Counted from the first letter of the stretch, positions 10,178 through 19,810 are shown. The stretch is DNA of 64,000 nucleotides from a virus (IMGVR_UViG_2740892441_000001); one strand, 5' to 3'. Translations and numbers: made by a program. Notes: generated by a model from the letters alone, not told the origin.

Positions 10178-10200
10178 TCATGTGACATTTGTCACATTTT
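10178..10200 (+). terminator. Rho-independent terminator-like hairpin (CATGTGACA..TGTCACATTTTT)
   Basis: Perfect inverted repeat followed by T-run, downstream of 9757-10035. Confidence 0.5.
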
Positions 10201-10287
10201 TAACCGCATAAGTCTCCGGCTGAAAAAAGTTCTTGATTGGCTGAATGATATTTGTAGGCTTATCAATGTTTAGAGCCGGAGGTGTGA

Positions 10288-10830
10288 ATGGGTGTACTTG
10301 ACATTGATAGTAATTACTTAAGTGCAAGGCGAATAAAGGAATGTGTTCATATCTATTGTAAATCAAAGCAGTCTTGTTTAGAAAAGCAGGCGTACCTAAC
10401 ATCTTCTCAAAAAGGAGAGCACAAACTCATCAAATATAAACTAAAGGCTTCGCGCAAAGATCGTTATGAGCACTATATATATGTAAAGGATATTGAAGGC
10501 ACCAAGACAAATTGCGGTATTATCTTTTATCCCTATGATATATCAAGACTGTTCTCCATTATGAAATCCTGTGTCGGCGTAGCTCCAGGTAAATTAGAGT
10601 TGCATTCAAACTTATACGATTACCCAAATGCTCAAAAACAGATAAACGATAGCACTTCGCCCTATGGATTTTCGTTTCTCTTTAAGAATCATCTCGCATT
10701 GAAAGATTTCATCGAAAAATACAATGAAGGAATAATATCAGGCGAATTAAATTTCAACAAAATCTGCGGAGATATAAAAAGGGACGACCTCTTAATAGAT
10801 ATTTACAATAGAATCCAAGTTAACGTGTAA
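10288..10830 (+). CDS. Hypothetical protein (low-GC accessory gene)
   Basis: 180 aa ORF, AT-rich codon usage distinct from neighbours. Confidence 0.5.
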   Translation: MGVLDIDSNYLSARRIKECVHIYCKSKQSCLEKQAYLTSSQKGEHKLIKYKLKASRKDRYEHYIYVKDIEGTKTNCGIIFYPYDISRLFSIMKSCVGVAPGKLELHSNLYDYPNAQKQINDSTSPYGFSFLFKNHLALKDFIEKYNEGIISGELNFNKICGDIKRDDLLIDIYNRIQVNV

Positions 10831-10857
10831 CCATCCATTAATCATAGCCAGACAAAT

Positions 10858-11277
10858 ATGAAAGTAACAAACCTAATTATTCTGACACTAGCCACATCAC
10901 TAATTGGGTGTTCATCTTCATCTATATCTGTTTCAAAGGCAAAGTATGCGCCTCAAAGCAGAATATTTAAATATCAAACACCACATGAGTCTAGTCTAAC
11001 AATAGTTAGAGACAAAGGGCTGGTTGGTTCTGGATGTAACGCTTCCATATTCATCAATGGAGAAACGGCAGCAAAATTGGAACCTGGTGAAAAAGCAACT
11101 TTCTATCTTAATGAAGGAGATTGGATCGTTGGGACATCAATTGAAAGTTCAGGTCTTTGCGCATTTAACCCCTCTAGGATGGAGCGAGAAATAAAACTAA
11201 AGCAAGGCGACGCGAAAACATATCGGGTTTTCACTACCTGGGATGGTACAATGGATATATTGCCAACCACTTTATAA
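10858..11277 (+). CDS. Putative lipoprotein
   Basis: N-terminal signal peptide MKVTNLIILTLATSLIGCSSS with lipobox LIGC. Confidence 0.6.
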   Translation: MKVTNLIILTLATSLIGCSSSSISVSKAKYAPQSRIFKYQTPHESSLTIVRDKGLVGSGCNASIFINGETAAKLEPGEKATFYLNEGDWIVGTSIESSGLCAFNPSRMEREIKLKQGDAKTYRVFTTWDGTMDILPTTL

Positions 11278-11806
11278 TGATATGACGACGAAAGACATCA
11301 CCTACGGTGTGCCAGCAGAAGTCTGGCCTCGAGATTACACTAACGTTGAAAAACTACTGATGTTCTGGCGCAGAGAACAAATTCCTGTAAGGGCCACTCT
11401 AGAAGATGGCCAGGCGTTTTGCATGTACGTTTATGGCCTCATGCCATCTCGTAACAAAGTTGACCTTTGCCCAGCCCCTTTTGACAAAGAAAATCGTATA
11501 AGGCTCCCACTTGAACGCATTAGTACAATTGAATCAGGTGTGGTTGACAGTATCGCTCACGATTTCAAAGGTCGATTAACAGTTCACCCTGATTATGTCG
11601 ATAATCGGCCATCACGCCGCGATTTTTTTGCTATTTGCAACCAAGCCTATAAAGCAAACAAATCTATAAGGGTGTACATGGCGGATGGCCGTGAAATTGA
11701 GGGGGTGTCAGCAGGCGCAGATGCTTGTCAGGTTACACTACGTGTCGAGAACGGTAGAAAAATAGTTATTTTGTTCGATTGGGTTGAACGAATTTTGCCT
11801 TTTTGA
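11243..11806 (+). CDS. Hypothetical protein
   Basis: 187 aa ORF; true start may be the internal Met at ~11281. Confidence 0.45.
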   Translation: MVQWIYCQPLYNDMTTKDITYGVPAEVWPRDYTNVEKLLMFWRREQIPVRATLEDGQAFCMYVYGLMPSRNKVDLCPAPFDKENRIRLPLERISTIESGVVDSIAHDFKGRLTVHPDYVDNRPSRRDFFAICNQAYKANKSIRVYMADGREIEGVSAGADACQVTLRVENGRKIVILFDWVERILPF

Positions 11807-11809
11807 GTT

Positions 11810-12118
11810 ATGAAATCGATATTGTTACCACCATTATTTTTACTTTGCTCAGTTGCAGCAAATGCAATGGACTATAAGCCTGTCATTCAGTCGCTGATGA
11901 ATGACGTGTGCTCAACGTCTCAGAATGTATCAGTTTGCATGTATCAATTTTCGGCAGCCGTAAAAGCAGGAAAAGCGATAGGTGAGAATGTGGAACTGTG
12001 TAAGAAAGTGGCAAATGAAGAACGAGCAATGTTGGATTGCGAATCTAGCGAGTCATCGGCACAGTTCGTTGATGCGCTATTTGACACCAATCGTAAGGCT
12101 GTAGAGTCTGTCCAATAA
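11810..12118 (+). CDS. Small secreted protein
   Basis: Signal peptide MKSILLPPLFLLCSVAANA; 102 aa. Confidence 0.55.
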   Translation: MKSILLPPLFLLCSVAANAMDYKPVIQSLMNDVCSTSQNVSVCMYQFSAAVKAGKAIGENVELCKKVANEERAMLDCESSESSAQFVDALFDTNRKAVESVQ

Positions 12119-12337
12119 ATCTATAAGGTTAATAACCGGCTAAGTCCGGTTATTATTTTTCACATCACTTCTTTATATCTATAAATCAAACAACCTAAAT
12201 ATATAAGGTCGAAAGCCGGAATCGATTATTTATTTAGGGAACACCTTCGACGATCTCGCTTTTATTTCTAGGACTTTCATCCCTGCAAAAAAATTTAAAA
12301 AAACACTTGCAATCTTTTTTCGCGTATCGATAATTGA

Positions 12338-12399
12338 ACTCGTCGAAAGCGAAGATGCTAACGACAATAAATTTTAAATTTACATAAGGAAAAATTATC
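12338..12399 (+). promoter_or_regulatory. Sigma70-like promoter (TTGCAA - 17 nt - GATAAT) for 12400-13050
   Basis: Hexamers read directly upstream of RBS AAGGAAAAA. Confidence 0.5.
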
Positions 12400-13050
12400 A
12401 TGGCTAACATTATCATTTCTAAAAAATCCATCATTGAAGCTGCTTCCATTGTATCCGACGAGCTGCGCGAAAAAGCAGATCTGGCAACTCAAACATATAA
12501 CGAACATTATAAAAATGGTACGCACACTAAAGCAGACAAAGCAAATATGCAAGCTGCGACCACTAAACTTGCTTACTTCATCAACAACGTTGTAAACGCT
12601 GTTGAAGACGAAAAATTATGCTCTGTTTTCTACTATGCGATTAAAGCAAGCAAACAAGCGCCAGAAGTATTTTTCCGTGATGCAATGACTAATAGTTATT
12701 CACTGGAAAAACTGGTTTATCTGGTTAAATCTATTAAAGCTGGTAAATGCGTTTATTCCGTCGCTGATATGTCAGGATCTCGTGTATTCGCTTTAATCGA
12801 TATGATTAACGACGAGATCGACACGTTCACCAATGGCGCTGTTTTCGATTTAATGAATGAAGCTAAAAAAGCGTGTGAGATTAAATTGGACGCTGGCTAT
12901 ACTCAAGCCAACCAGTTGATCAATCTTTGCGAACGTCTCGGACTTGTTGAAAAAGTCAAAGGAGCTGGGAGCGCAAAAGCTGGTACTCAGCAATATCGCT
13001 TTATCAAGAATGATTTCTACAATTATCTAGCTGATGCTTTCAAAGCGTAA
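12400..13050 (+). CDS. Hypothetical protein
   Basis: 216 aa ORF with good RBS and own promoter; hairpin GCGCCCACTATGGGCGC at 13064-13080 downstream. Confidence 0.6.
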   Translation: MANIIISKKSIIEAASIVSDELREKADLATQTYNEHYKNGTHTKADKANMQAATTKLAYFINNVVNAVEDEKLCSVFYYAIKASKQAPEVFFRDAMTNSYSLEKLVYLVKSIKAGKCVYSVADMSGSRVFALIDMINDEIDTFTNGAVFDLMNEAKKACEIKLDAGYTQANQLINLCERLGLVEKVKGAGSAKAGTQQYRFIKNDFYNYLADAFKA

Positions 13051-13097
13051 TTAATGGAATCAAGCGCCCACTATGGGCGCTTTAAAGGAGCTTTAAA

Positions 13098-13301
13098 ATG
13101 GTCAGCTATGACAAGATCCGCGCGGAATATCGCGCAAAGTATCGCGCTTACAAACTGGAATTAATCGATGATTTGATCGCGCAACGCGACCAATTAAATT
13201 TTACGTTTTCTGATTTGCTTAACAGCAAGCGAGATTGCAAGCGCAAACGTGAATATTTACGTTTAAGCGCATTAATCGGAAAACTTCAAAATTCTATTTA
13301 A
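13098..13301 (+). CDS. Hypothetical small protein
   Basis: 67 aa, RBS AAAGGAG upstream. Confidence 0.5.
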   Translation: MVSYDKIRAEYRAKYRAYKLELIDDLIAQRDQLNFTFSDLLNSKRDCKRKREYLRLSALIGKLQNSI

Positions 13302-13321
13302 TTTTTTTAAGGAGCTTAATC

Positions 13322-13549
13322 ATGTTTGTTCTTATCGCTGGCGTTAACGTCCACAATGAATATTGTGTTAATGATATTGCTGGGATCGCTGGTTACGCTG
13401 GATCTGTTGAGCTTATAGATGAAACGACGCGCAAAATTGACTTATTGAGCGACCAGGAGCGAAAAAAAGCAGACGTGAACGACGCTGATATATTTTTAAT
13501 GTTAAAAGCGTTTGTAGAAATGGGATTTGAAATCAGTTTACATAAATAA
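13322..13549 (+). CDS. Hypothetical small protein
   Basis: 75 aa, RBS AAGGAG upstream. Confidence 0.5.
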   Translation: MFVLIAGVNVHNEYCVNDIAGIAGYAGSVELIDETTRKIDLLSDQERKKADVNDADIFLMLKAFVEMGFEISLHK

Positions 13550-13553
13550 AATC

Positions 13554-13578
13554 GAGCGCCCACTATGGGCGCTTTTTT
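13554..13578 (+). terminator. Rho-independent terminator (GAGCGCCCACTATGGGCGC + TTTTTT)
   Basis: GC-rich hairpin followed by T6; same stem as hairpin at 13064-13080. Confidence 0.8.
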
Positions 13579-13601
13579 CGTTTCCAATACTCCCACCATA
13601 A

Positions 13602-13628
13602 CGCGCCATCATTGGCGCGTTTTTTATT
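13602..13628 (+). terminator. Second tandem rho-independent terminator (CGCGCCATCATTGGCGCG + TTTTTTATT)
   Basis: Hairpin plus T-run read directly. Confidence 0.75.
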
Positions 13629-14029
13629 GTCTTTAACTCACTCCAACAACATAAAAATAAGCGCCAAAATAACGCCATAGACGCGATTTTATATCCTCGC
13701 CAGTACATACCCATTACTTAACACATTAACGCGCTTAAAACGCGTTATATTGCGCTATAGAGTATGGTTAATCGTTGGCTTTTAGTCTTGCTTTATGATC
13801 CGCGTTTATTTGTCGGCGCGGATCGGCATTTTGTTTTGTTCCGTATCCGCTCGCGTATTATGTGCGCGTGATTTTTCACATAATCACACCACTTAATCAC
13901 GTATGTGATTATGCTACGAAAGAAATCTGGATGTCTCAGGCGACGAAAGTCATCATAATTTTCCCCGCTCACCTGTCCGACAACCGCTGGTTGGATTCAA
14001 CCAGCTTCCCGATGTTTTTTCTATATAAA

Positions 14030-14160
14030 GGCGAATGCAGCCGTTTCCCGAAAAAATCCTGGCCGTTTCCCGTCGGCTCATGAATGCGTTCCTCGCCGTT
14101 TCTGAAAATTTCCCTGCGGCAGCTGGTGGCTATAGAGAAAGGGCCGTTTCTGGCCCTCTT
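14030..14160. repeat. Array of about 4 direct repeats of (G)CCGTTTCC(C/T)GAAAA-type units
   Basis: GCCGTTTCCCGAAAA, GGCCGTTTCCCGTC, GCCGTTTCTGAAAA, GGCCGTTTCTGGCC read directly; same repeat family recurs at 17640-17800. Confidence 0.65.
14131..14156 (-). terminator. Terminator-like hairpin (GGGCC..GGCCC + T-rich) after gene 14166-14648
   Basis: Minus-strand hairpin followed by TTTCTCTAT. Confidence 0.45.
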
Positions 14161-14165
14161 CTCAG

Positions 14166-14648
14166 TTACACGCCATCAAGGATGTGGATGCGGTTGCTTG
14201 CGTATACATTCAGCATAAAGTTAGCGCAAAACAGTTTCCATGTATCAACGCCAGCGGTATACGTAATGTTTTTGCATTTAATCGCATTGTTGGCGATCCG
14301 CATCCCCTGCGATACTGCTTCATCGTCGGAAAATTTGAACGACGATTGAGTTTTAATCCAGACAGAAATCTGCGTAGCGAACTCAATCAGCTTGGACTGG
14401 CAGAATCGCCCGGAGCGCACCGGAAAGACGAACGTTCCGAATCCAGAATTTACCACATACGCTTTCTCAAATACCCGCGAGTAACGACGATTGCCAATGA
14501 TGTCGCGTGCAATAATGCATTTTTCTTGTGCTGACAGTTCTACCGTCTCATTGTCGCGCCATGCACCAAGTACTCGTTTTTCAATGTCAGAGAACGTTAC
14601 AGCGATATTGCCATGTGCGGGTGCGTTTACAGTAGCGATAAAATTCAT
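14166..14648 (-). CDS. Hypothetical protein
   Basis: 160 aa; preceded by conserved promoter/leader element and RBS AAGGAAA. Confidence 0.55.
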   Translation of the reverse strand: MNFIATVNAPAHGNIAVTFSDIEKRVLGAWRDNETVELSAQEKCIIARDIIGNRRYSRVFEKAYVVNSGFGTFVFPVRSGRFCQSKLIEFATQISVWIKTQSSFKFSDDEAVSQGMRIANNAIKCKNITYTAGVDTWKLFCANFMLNVYASNRIHILDGV

Positions 14649-14725
14649 GATTATTTCCTTATCGTAAATAACAAATTGTTTTCTTGTTGGTGTTAATTAT
14701 CGTTGTACGAATAAGGCGTCAAAGT
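14649..14725 (-). promoter_or_regulatory. Conserved promoter/leader element (TTGACG ... GATAAT ... AACACCAACAAGAAAACAATTTGTT)
   Basis: -35/-10-like hexamers plus the conserved leader motif shared by more than 10 genes in the window. Confidence 0.5.
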
Positions 14726-14823
14726 GGAAAGTTGCGGTAGCCGGACGGGAACAGGTGGGTTTTTCGGTTGCCTGGAGGTAAGAGGTTGGTGTTTTTAGCC
14801 TGCGGGAAACAGGATGGTCATTT

Positions 14824-14847
14824 AAGGCCACCAATGCTGGTGGCCTT
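14824..14847. terminator. Conserved hairpin AAGGCCACCAATGCTGGTGGCCTT (terminator or processing site)
   Basis: Perfect stem-loop; near-identical copy at 15294-15320 and related copy at 16945-16963. Confidence 0.4.
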
Positions 14848-14852
14848 AGTCT

Positions 14853-15134
14853 TTAGTGGAGCAGACCGATGTCGATGGTATCCCCTGAATCCCCCACACG
14901 GATCATCAGCATGGCGAAGGCGTTTAGTGGATAACTGGCGTGCCATTCAGGGAAGCGGTCATCTCGCATGAAGTCGGCAATGTCGTAAACGCAGCCCTCA
15001 AAGTGGAAGAATCGCGTGCTTACCTGCTCGTCATATTCCACATGATCCATTTCTTGCTGTTCTGTTTCCGGCAAGTCCAGCCATGATTCAAGGAATACAT
15101 TTTGTGCTTTAGGGGTAATGGTGAAATCAGTCAT
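14853..15134 (-). CDS. Hypothetical small acidic protein
   Basis: Start reassigned to internal Met (MTDFTITPK...) because the conserved promoter element lies inside the longer ORF; RBS GAGGATA. Confidence 0.5.
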   Translation of the reverse strand: MTDFTITPKAQNVFLESWLDLPETEQQEMDHVEYDEQVSTRFFHFEGCVYDIADFMRDDRFPEWHASYPLNAFAMLMIRVGDSGDTIDIGLLH

Positions 15135-15469
15135 GAGCATATCCTCACTGCGTAAACATATTGTTTTCTTGTTGGTGTAATTATCGCAGTGTAGATAAGG
15201 CATAAAAGAAGTTAATACAGGCTGAATACACAAGAAAGGTTCTGGAAGTTGATAGCCAGGTTTCAAACTAACCTTCGGTTATTAAAAGTCATTTAAGACC
15301 ACCAATGCTGGTGGCCTTAATAATTATCGCCCGATTACGCTAAGGATCTTTTCCTCAACTGATTTGTTGTTGCGACTAAACTGCCTTGCGTATCTGATGA
15401 CAGAAGAGGCGTTTTGCTTTCTGACCATCTCGGCTCTTTCCTTCAGGCGTTTCTTGAAATCGCCCATAT

Positions 15470-15862
15470 TTACCACCAGGCGCAGAACGTCAGTCTGTTA
15501 TTGTGAAAGTCGTAATTATTAATCAGCTCTTCTACAAGTGCTTTCAACTCCCCCACGTCACGCCAGTAATCTTCGTCATAATCCATGCTGCCAAAGTAAA
15601 AACCTCCAGTCGGCTCGAACTCATCCTGAGTAGGCAGAAGGGCTTCGCAATTACTCTCGTTGAGACGAATCAGAGTAGCCTTTAGAGCGCAAAGATCATT
15701 CTTTGTAATTTCTAAAAATTTAAAACTATCAACTTTGCCTACGTTCCGATTCACCCACCCAACAAGCGCATTAAACTTATAAAAATAGCCTACTTCCTTT
15801 CTGGCTGCTTCGTTATTCAGATCGTTTTTTGGCTGCGTCTCGATATAGATATCAAGTCCCAT
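15470..15862 (-). CDS. Hypothetical protein
   Basis: 130 aa; RBS AAGGAAACC; upstream GGCAGAAAACAAATT element. Confidence 0.5.
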   Translation of the reverse strand: MGLDIYIETQPKNDLNNEAARKEVGYFYKFNALVGWVNRNVGKVDSFKFLEITKNDLCALKATLIRLNESNCEALLPTQDEFEPTGGFYFGSMDYDEDYWRDVGELKALVEELINNYDFHNNRLTFCAWW

Positions 15863-15986
15863 GATGGTTTCCTTATTAAGTATTAAGTTGCTTCAGTGAA
15901 AGCATTTTCACAAATCAGATAAGGCAGAAAACAAATTATTATCGGGCATAAGAAAATGGCGCGGTTTACGCGCCATTTAAAGAGGA

Positions 15987-16382
15987 TTAAGCGAATACGC
16001 TTTCAGGGATTAAGGTATCAGCAGGAATGCCGGATGTAATACGCAGACCGTACTGGCCAATCCAGGTGGTGCTGGTGTTCAGGCTGGAGGCGAATACGGA
16101 ATTAACCATATTCATCATGGTTTCAAACACCTCTTCATCAACCTGGCGGAAGTAGTTCTCGATTTTCAGCAGCAGCGGGTCAGTTGCATCGAGAATGGAC
16201 TGGTATTGAGTCGCGTACTCGCCGCCGGAGGCATCACCTTTACGCACGATCGTACTGGCCTGTACTTCGGCACCAGTTTCGGTGTTGTACGTAACAACGG
16301 TGATTTTTGCCACATTCTTACCTTCGGCGGTTTCAGAGGCATAGTAAACATCAACTGTCAGTTTTTCGCGTTTAACGGTCAT
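15987..16382 (-). CDS. Hypothetical protein
   Basis: Start set at MTVKREK; RBS GGAGAGTGAA; upstream palindrome GTAAGTACATACTTAC. Confidence 0.5.
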   Translation of the reverse strand: MTVKREKLTVDVYYASETAEGKNVAKITVVTYNTETGAEVQASTIVRKGDASGGEYATQYQSILDATDPLLLKIENYFRQVDEEVFETMMNMVNSVFASSLNTSTTWIGQYGLRITSGIPADTLIPESVFA

Positions 16383-16508
16383 TTCACTCTCCGTAGTGTA
16401 TTGGTTATTTTTATATTCTATGATCGTAAGTATGTACTTACAAAACAAAAAAGCCCCGTAAGGATGGCGGGGCTGTCGTACTGTCGACTAATTACCACTT
16501 GCACATTA

Positions 16509-16820
16509 TCAGGCTATTGCCATCACTGATGCTCTCTGAATCTCTTGCTGGGCCACGCGGTTAACTTCCATCAAAGCCAGTTCGAGCTGATGTTCCGGCC
16601 ACATTCTTTGAAACGCCATCCAGCCTTTTCCACGCTGGCGGCGAACATTCATTACATAACGAGTAAAGGTGTTTTTATCGAAAGACACCGCTGTTTCACG
16701 GAACAGACGAATAGAGGTTCCATTGGCAACGATGTCCAGCAAAGTTAATTGAGCAACCAGCGCAGGCTTCTCTTTTCTCTTCTGGTCTTTGTCCAGACCA
16801 AGAACCAATGATTTTTTCAT
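16509..16820 (-). CDS. Hypothetical protein
   Basis: Start set at MKKSLVLG (RBS GGAG) downstream of conserved promoter element at 16833-16865. Confidence 0.5.
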   Translation of the reverse strand: MKKSLVLGLDKDQKRKEKPALVAQLTLLDIVANGTSIRLFRETAVSFDKNTFTRYVMNVRRQRGKGWMAFQRMWPEHQLELALMEVNRVAQQEIQRASVMAIA

Positions 16821-16973
16821 CACAACTCCGTAAACAACTTGTTTTCTCAATGGCGTAAATAATACCAGTAAGAAAACGGCTACAAAGCATATTGATCAGG
16901 TGCATGAGCGATATGCAGGTTCTTCCCTGCGGCTATAGAGAAATTAAGCCAGCAATGCTGGCTTTGGTTGGGG

Positions 16974-17303
16974 TTACTCGAATACTTCAAGAAACTCCTG
17001 AACGTCCCAATGCTGGACGAGGTGAAGATAGACCTTAGAAATCACGTCATTTTCGCTATCGCATGTGAAGTAGTACTTCTGGCTGCGGTTGTATGTGTCC
17101 ACACAAAATTCGCTCATATCCATAAAGTCAGCATCTTCACCCATGTCGCAAATCATCAAAGCAGGTGCGTCATCACGAGTCATCAGCTCAAGCACCCACC
17201 GCGAATTGATCAGAGTGGAAGACCAACCTTCTAACTCATAAAACTGATCAAACTCTTTTTGAGTTAATTTCTTGATTTGGTTGATGTCGATATTTGCAAA
17301 CAT
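16974..17303 (-). CDS. Hypothetical acidic protein
   Basis: 109 aa; conserved promoter element at 17318-17350 immediately upstream. Confidence 0.5.
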   Translation of the reverse strand: MFANIDINQIKKLTQKEFDQFYELEGWSSTLINSRWVLELMTRDDAPALMICDMGEDADFMDMSEFCVDTYNRSQKYYFTCDSENDVISKVYLHLVQHWDVQEFLEVFE

Positions 17304-17639
17304 AAATCAATCCTTAAACAACATGTTTTCTTATTGGTGTTATTATCGCAATAACGCATAGGCGAAAAAGGATTTTATTCCGGTGAATGTGGTTTTGGCA
17401 GTGAGTTTTCAGGTTCAGTACCGAGTACACTTTTTACATTATTCTGATTTAGTAGCCGAAGGTGGCTGGTGGGCAGAATAATCATCTCCCCGAAAACCTA
17501 CTGAAATCGATTGTGACCCGCTGACTGTCTGGCACAATTACGCTGTAGTTGGGCATTCAGAGGGAATCCAGCGGTAAGTAAGTTCGCCTGCACGTGAGCG
17601 CCTCTCTTCTTCCCGCACATTACAGGTGGATAGCCGCAA

Positions 17640-17800
17640 CTCTCCCTCTCGCTATACCGGTACGCCGCCGTTCCTGAACCGGCATCGAGCCTTTTCCCGA
17701 AATCCACACAGGCAACTCGACCGTTTCCCTGAAAACCTCCAGCCGTTCCCCGAAGGCAACCCAGCCGTTTCTGTAGCGGGATGCAGCCTTTTCCCTGTAT
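17640..17800. repeat. Array of about 6 direct repeats of the CCGTT(T/C)CC(C/T)GAA family
   Basis: CGCCGTTCCTGAAC, AGCCTTTTCCCGAAA, GACCGTTTCCCTGAAAA, AGCCGTTCCCCGAAGG, AGCCGTTTCTGTAG, AGCCTTTTCCCTGTAT at ~22-30 bp spacing; contains DnaA-box-like AAATCCACACA. Confidence 0.65.
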
Positions 17801-17949
17801 GGACCGAAGGCTGACCGTAGGGGTGTTACGGGGGATAAAATCAGTAGTTGAATAAATACGAAAAAGGAGGCGACACCCCTCCTTCCCTCCCCACTTATAC
17901 ATACCTGGCTTCTTCGCTATGCATGTTGTGTTTTCTTCGTGTTTTATCT

Positions 17950-18500
17950 GTTTCAACCTCTCTATAGGCGTTAATGCTCACTCCTTCCAGAACGTTCTAT
18001 ACGGCAACTATTTCTGTTGGTGAATTGGGTGTGTTGTTTTCTCTGTCGGTGTATGTGGTTTCGTTCGTTTTGCGGTGGTTCTTCTATAGGGTGTTCTCGT
18101 CGTTTTGGTGATTGTTCTTCTCCGTCTATGGAGTAATGGCAGGTGGGCGATTCCTTTCGTTATTGTGTTTGAGTTGTTTGTCTGGAGTGCGTGAAGGGCT
18201 TTTGTAGTTATTCGTGTATTGGGTAATGGCGTTTCCCGTGATTGTTCTGTTTCGTGTCTTTTGGGATTGAAGAATCCTTGCGGTAACAGGCTTCGTTGGG
18301 GTTTCAGTGATTCTGGTGTTTCTTCGCTGTTTGGGTAATGGCGTGTCGTGGGTATCGCGCGTATGAATGTTTTCGGATTGCCTGTGAAAGTTAGGTTGGT
18401 TGTCCGGTAGCCTGGGAAGAAGAGGTGGGTCTTTTCGGTAGCCTGCCATAAAGAGGTTGGTTGTTTTTGGGAATGGCATATGCGTTATTTAGTTGTTTTG
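17950..18500. repeat. Strongly GT-skewed non-coding region built from degenerate tandem repeats
   Basis: Plus strand almost entirely G/T; repeated TTGGGTAATGGCGT units (~18135, ~18220, ~18335) and GGTAGCCTG units; overlapping ORFs have implausible T/P/Q/N-rich composition. Confidence 0.6.
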
Positions 18501-18866
18501 TTATGCCTGAAAATAAGTTGTTTATATGGTTATGTAACGCAACGGGAACGATTTTGAGCGTGTGTTTTTGTTGGTAGTGTGTTGGGTCGTCTGTGGTGAA
18601 AATTGGACGCTGTGGCGCTGTCTGCTGCGTAGGATTGCGGGTATAAGAAGTAATGTGTGAAAACGTCAATTTTTTAGACCAAATCGGGTGAAAGCGTTGA
18701 CGTTTCGTTGATCTGTTATTCAGTTGTTTTCTTGTTTGTATAAACAACTATAACCTATTGATATTTAAGGGTGTGATTGCAGGTATGGAAGGGGAGTAGT
18801 GGCGATCAACGGATTCTTATAGAAAAGAATCAAATTGTGACCGCCATTATCAATAAGTTGCAACCG

Positions 18867-19436
18867 TTAGTTGTTCAGATAAACATTTGGAACACGGACG
18901 TAGAAGTTCCTGTCACCGGTAAGTTCCAGAGTAATGTTAATGTCATTACCATTGTCTAGTGTAGCCGTTGCTCTATAGAACTTATCCGTCACCTTGTCCT
19001 CTATTGTCACCTTCATACATTTTGGTGCAGTCGAACCGTTATTCTCTTTCAGAATAGTTGTCACGAGAGGGCAGGCTGCTTCTTCAAGAGCAACCTCGTC
19101 CTTGTGTGGGATGCCGATGAAGATAATCCAAGCCAGCGACGCAACGATTATGATAAATGGCACTCTGCTGCCTTTTGTAATAGTCGCGCGCTTCCAGAGA
19201 TAGACAGGCAGGAGGAATACCCCCCATAGAATTGAAGGTGGTTCACAGCCAGACTCCGATAGAGCCATTCTGTCAGCTACTAACAAACCGATGGTAGTTA
19301 CACCCCCAATTATAATAGCGTAATTGGTATACTCTTCCGGCAATACTCCAAAGAAGAAAGGCATGAACGCTAGAATCCACGCATAAATGTTATTCAGAGG
19401 TTTTGTTTGTTGGTTCTGGGTTTCCATCACATCCAT
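18867..19436 (-). CDS. Putative membrane protein
   Basis: 189 aa with several hydrophobic helices (e.g. IYAWILAFMPFFFGVL, FIIIVASLAWIIFIGI). Confidence 0.5.
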   Translation of the reverse strand: MDVMETQNQQTKPLNNIYAWILAFMPFFFGVLPEEYTNYAIIIGGVTTIGLLVADRMALSESGCEPPSILWGVFLLPVYLWKRATITKGSRVPFIIIVASLAWIIFIGIPHKDEVALEEAACPLVTTILKENNGSTAPKCMKVTIEDKVTDKFYRATATLDNGNDINITLELTGDRNFYVRVPNVYLNN

Positions 19437-19588
19437 TCCATCACATAAAAATCGCTTTTATATATTATCAATTTTCTCACTTGTATAACCTAAATACGCA
19501 TCCGTTTATCAATCCACCTTCCACAAACATCAGCTTTGGCTATGAAAAATGACAATCTCAAAGTGAAACCATTATCATAGGATAACGA

Positions 19589-19774
19589 TTAGATGAGATG
19601 GTCTAATTCATCATCTATCATCGCTTTAACACTTGAGTCATTAACCCCGTATTGATTTATGAGCCGTTTCAGCTCCGGTGAAAACTGAAGGTAGATATCG
19701 TGGGCGTTTTTCACTGTAGGTTCAACGCCACGCATTTCAAGCGCCTTTAGTAGATATGAGTCTTCTTTAAGCAT
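19589..19774 (-). CDS. Hypothetical small protein
   Basis: 61 aa ORF in operon with 19811-20119. Confidence 0.4.
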   Translation of the reverse strand: MLKEDSYLLKALEMRGVEPTVKNAHDIYLQFSPELKRLINQYGVNDSSVKAMIDDELDHLI

Positions 19775-19810
19775 AAATTCTCCGTTATCTAGTATGAAGC
19801 GATTGCCGGA

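Noticed and set aside
17498-18747. ORFs 17498-17956, 18126-18479 and 18391-18747 as protein-coding genes
   Set aside because: Extreme nucleotide skew produces low-complexity T/P/Q/N/R-rich translations; the region is better explained as repeat-containing non-coding DNA.
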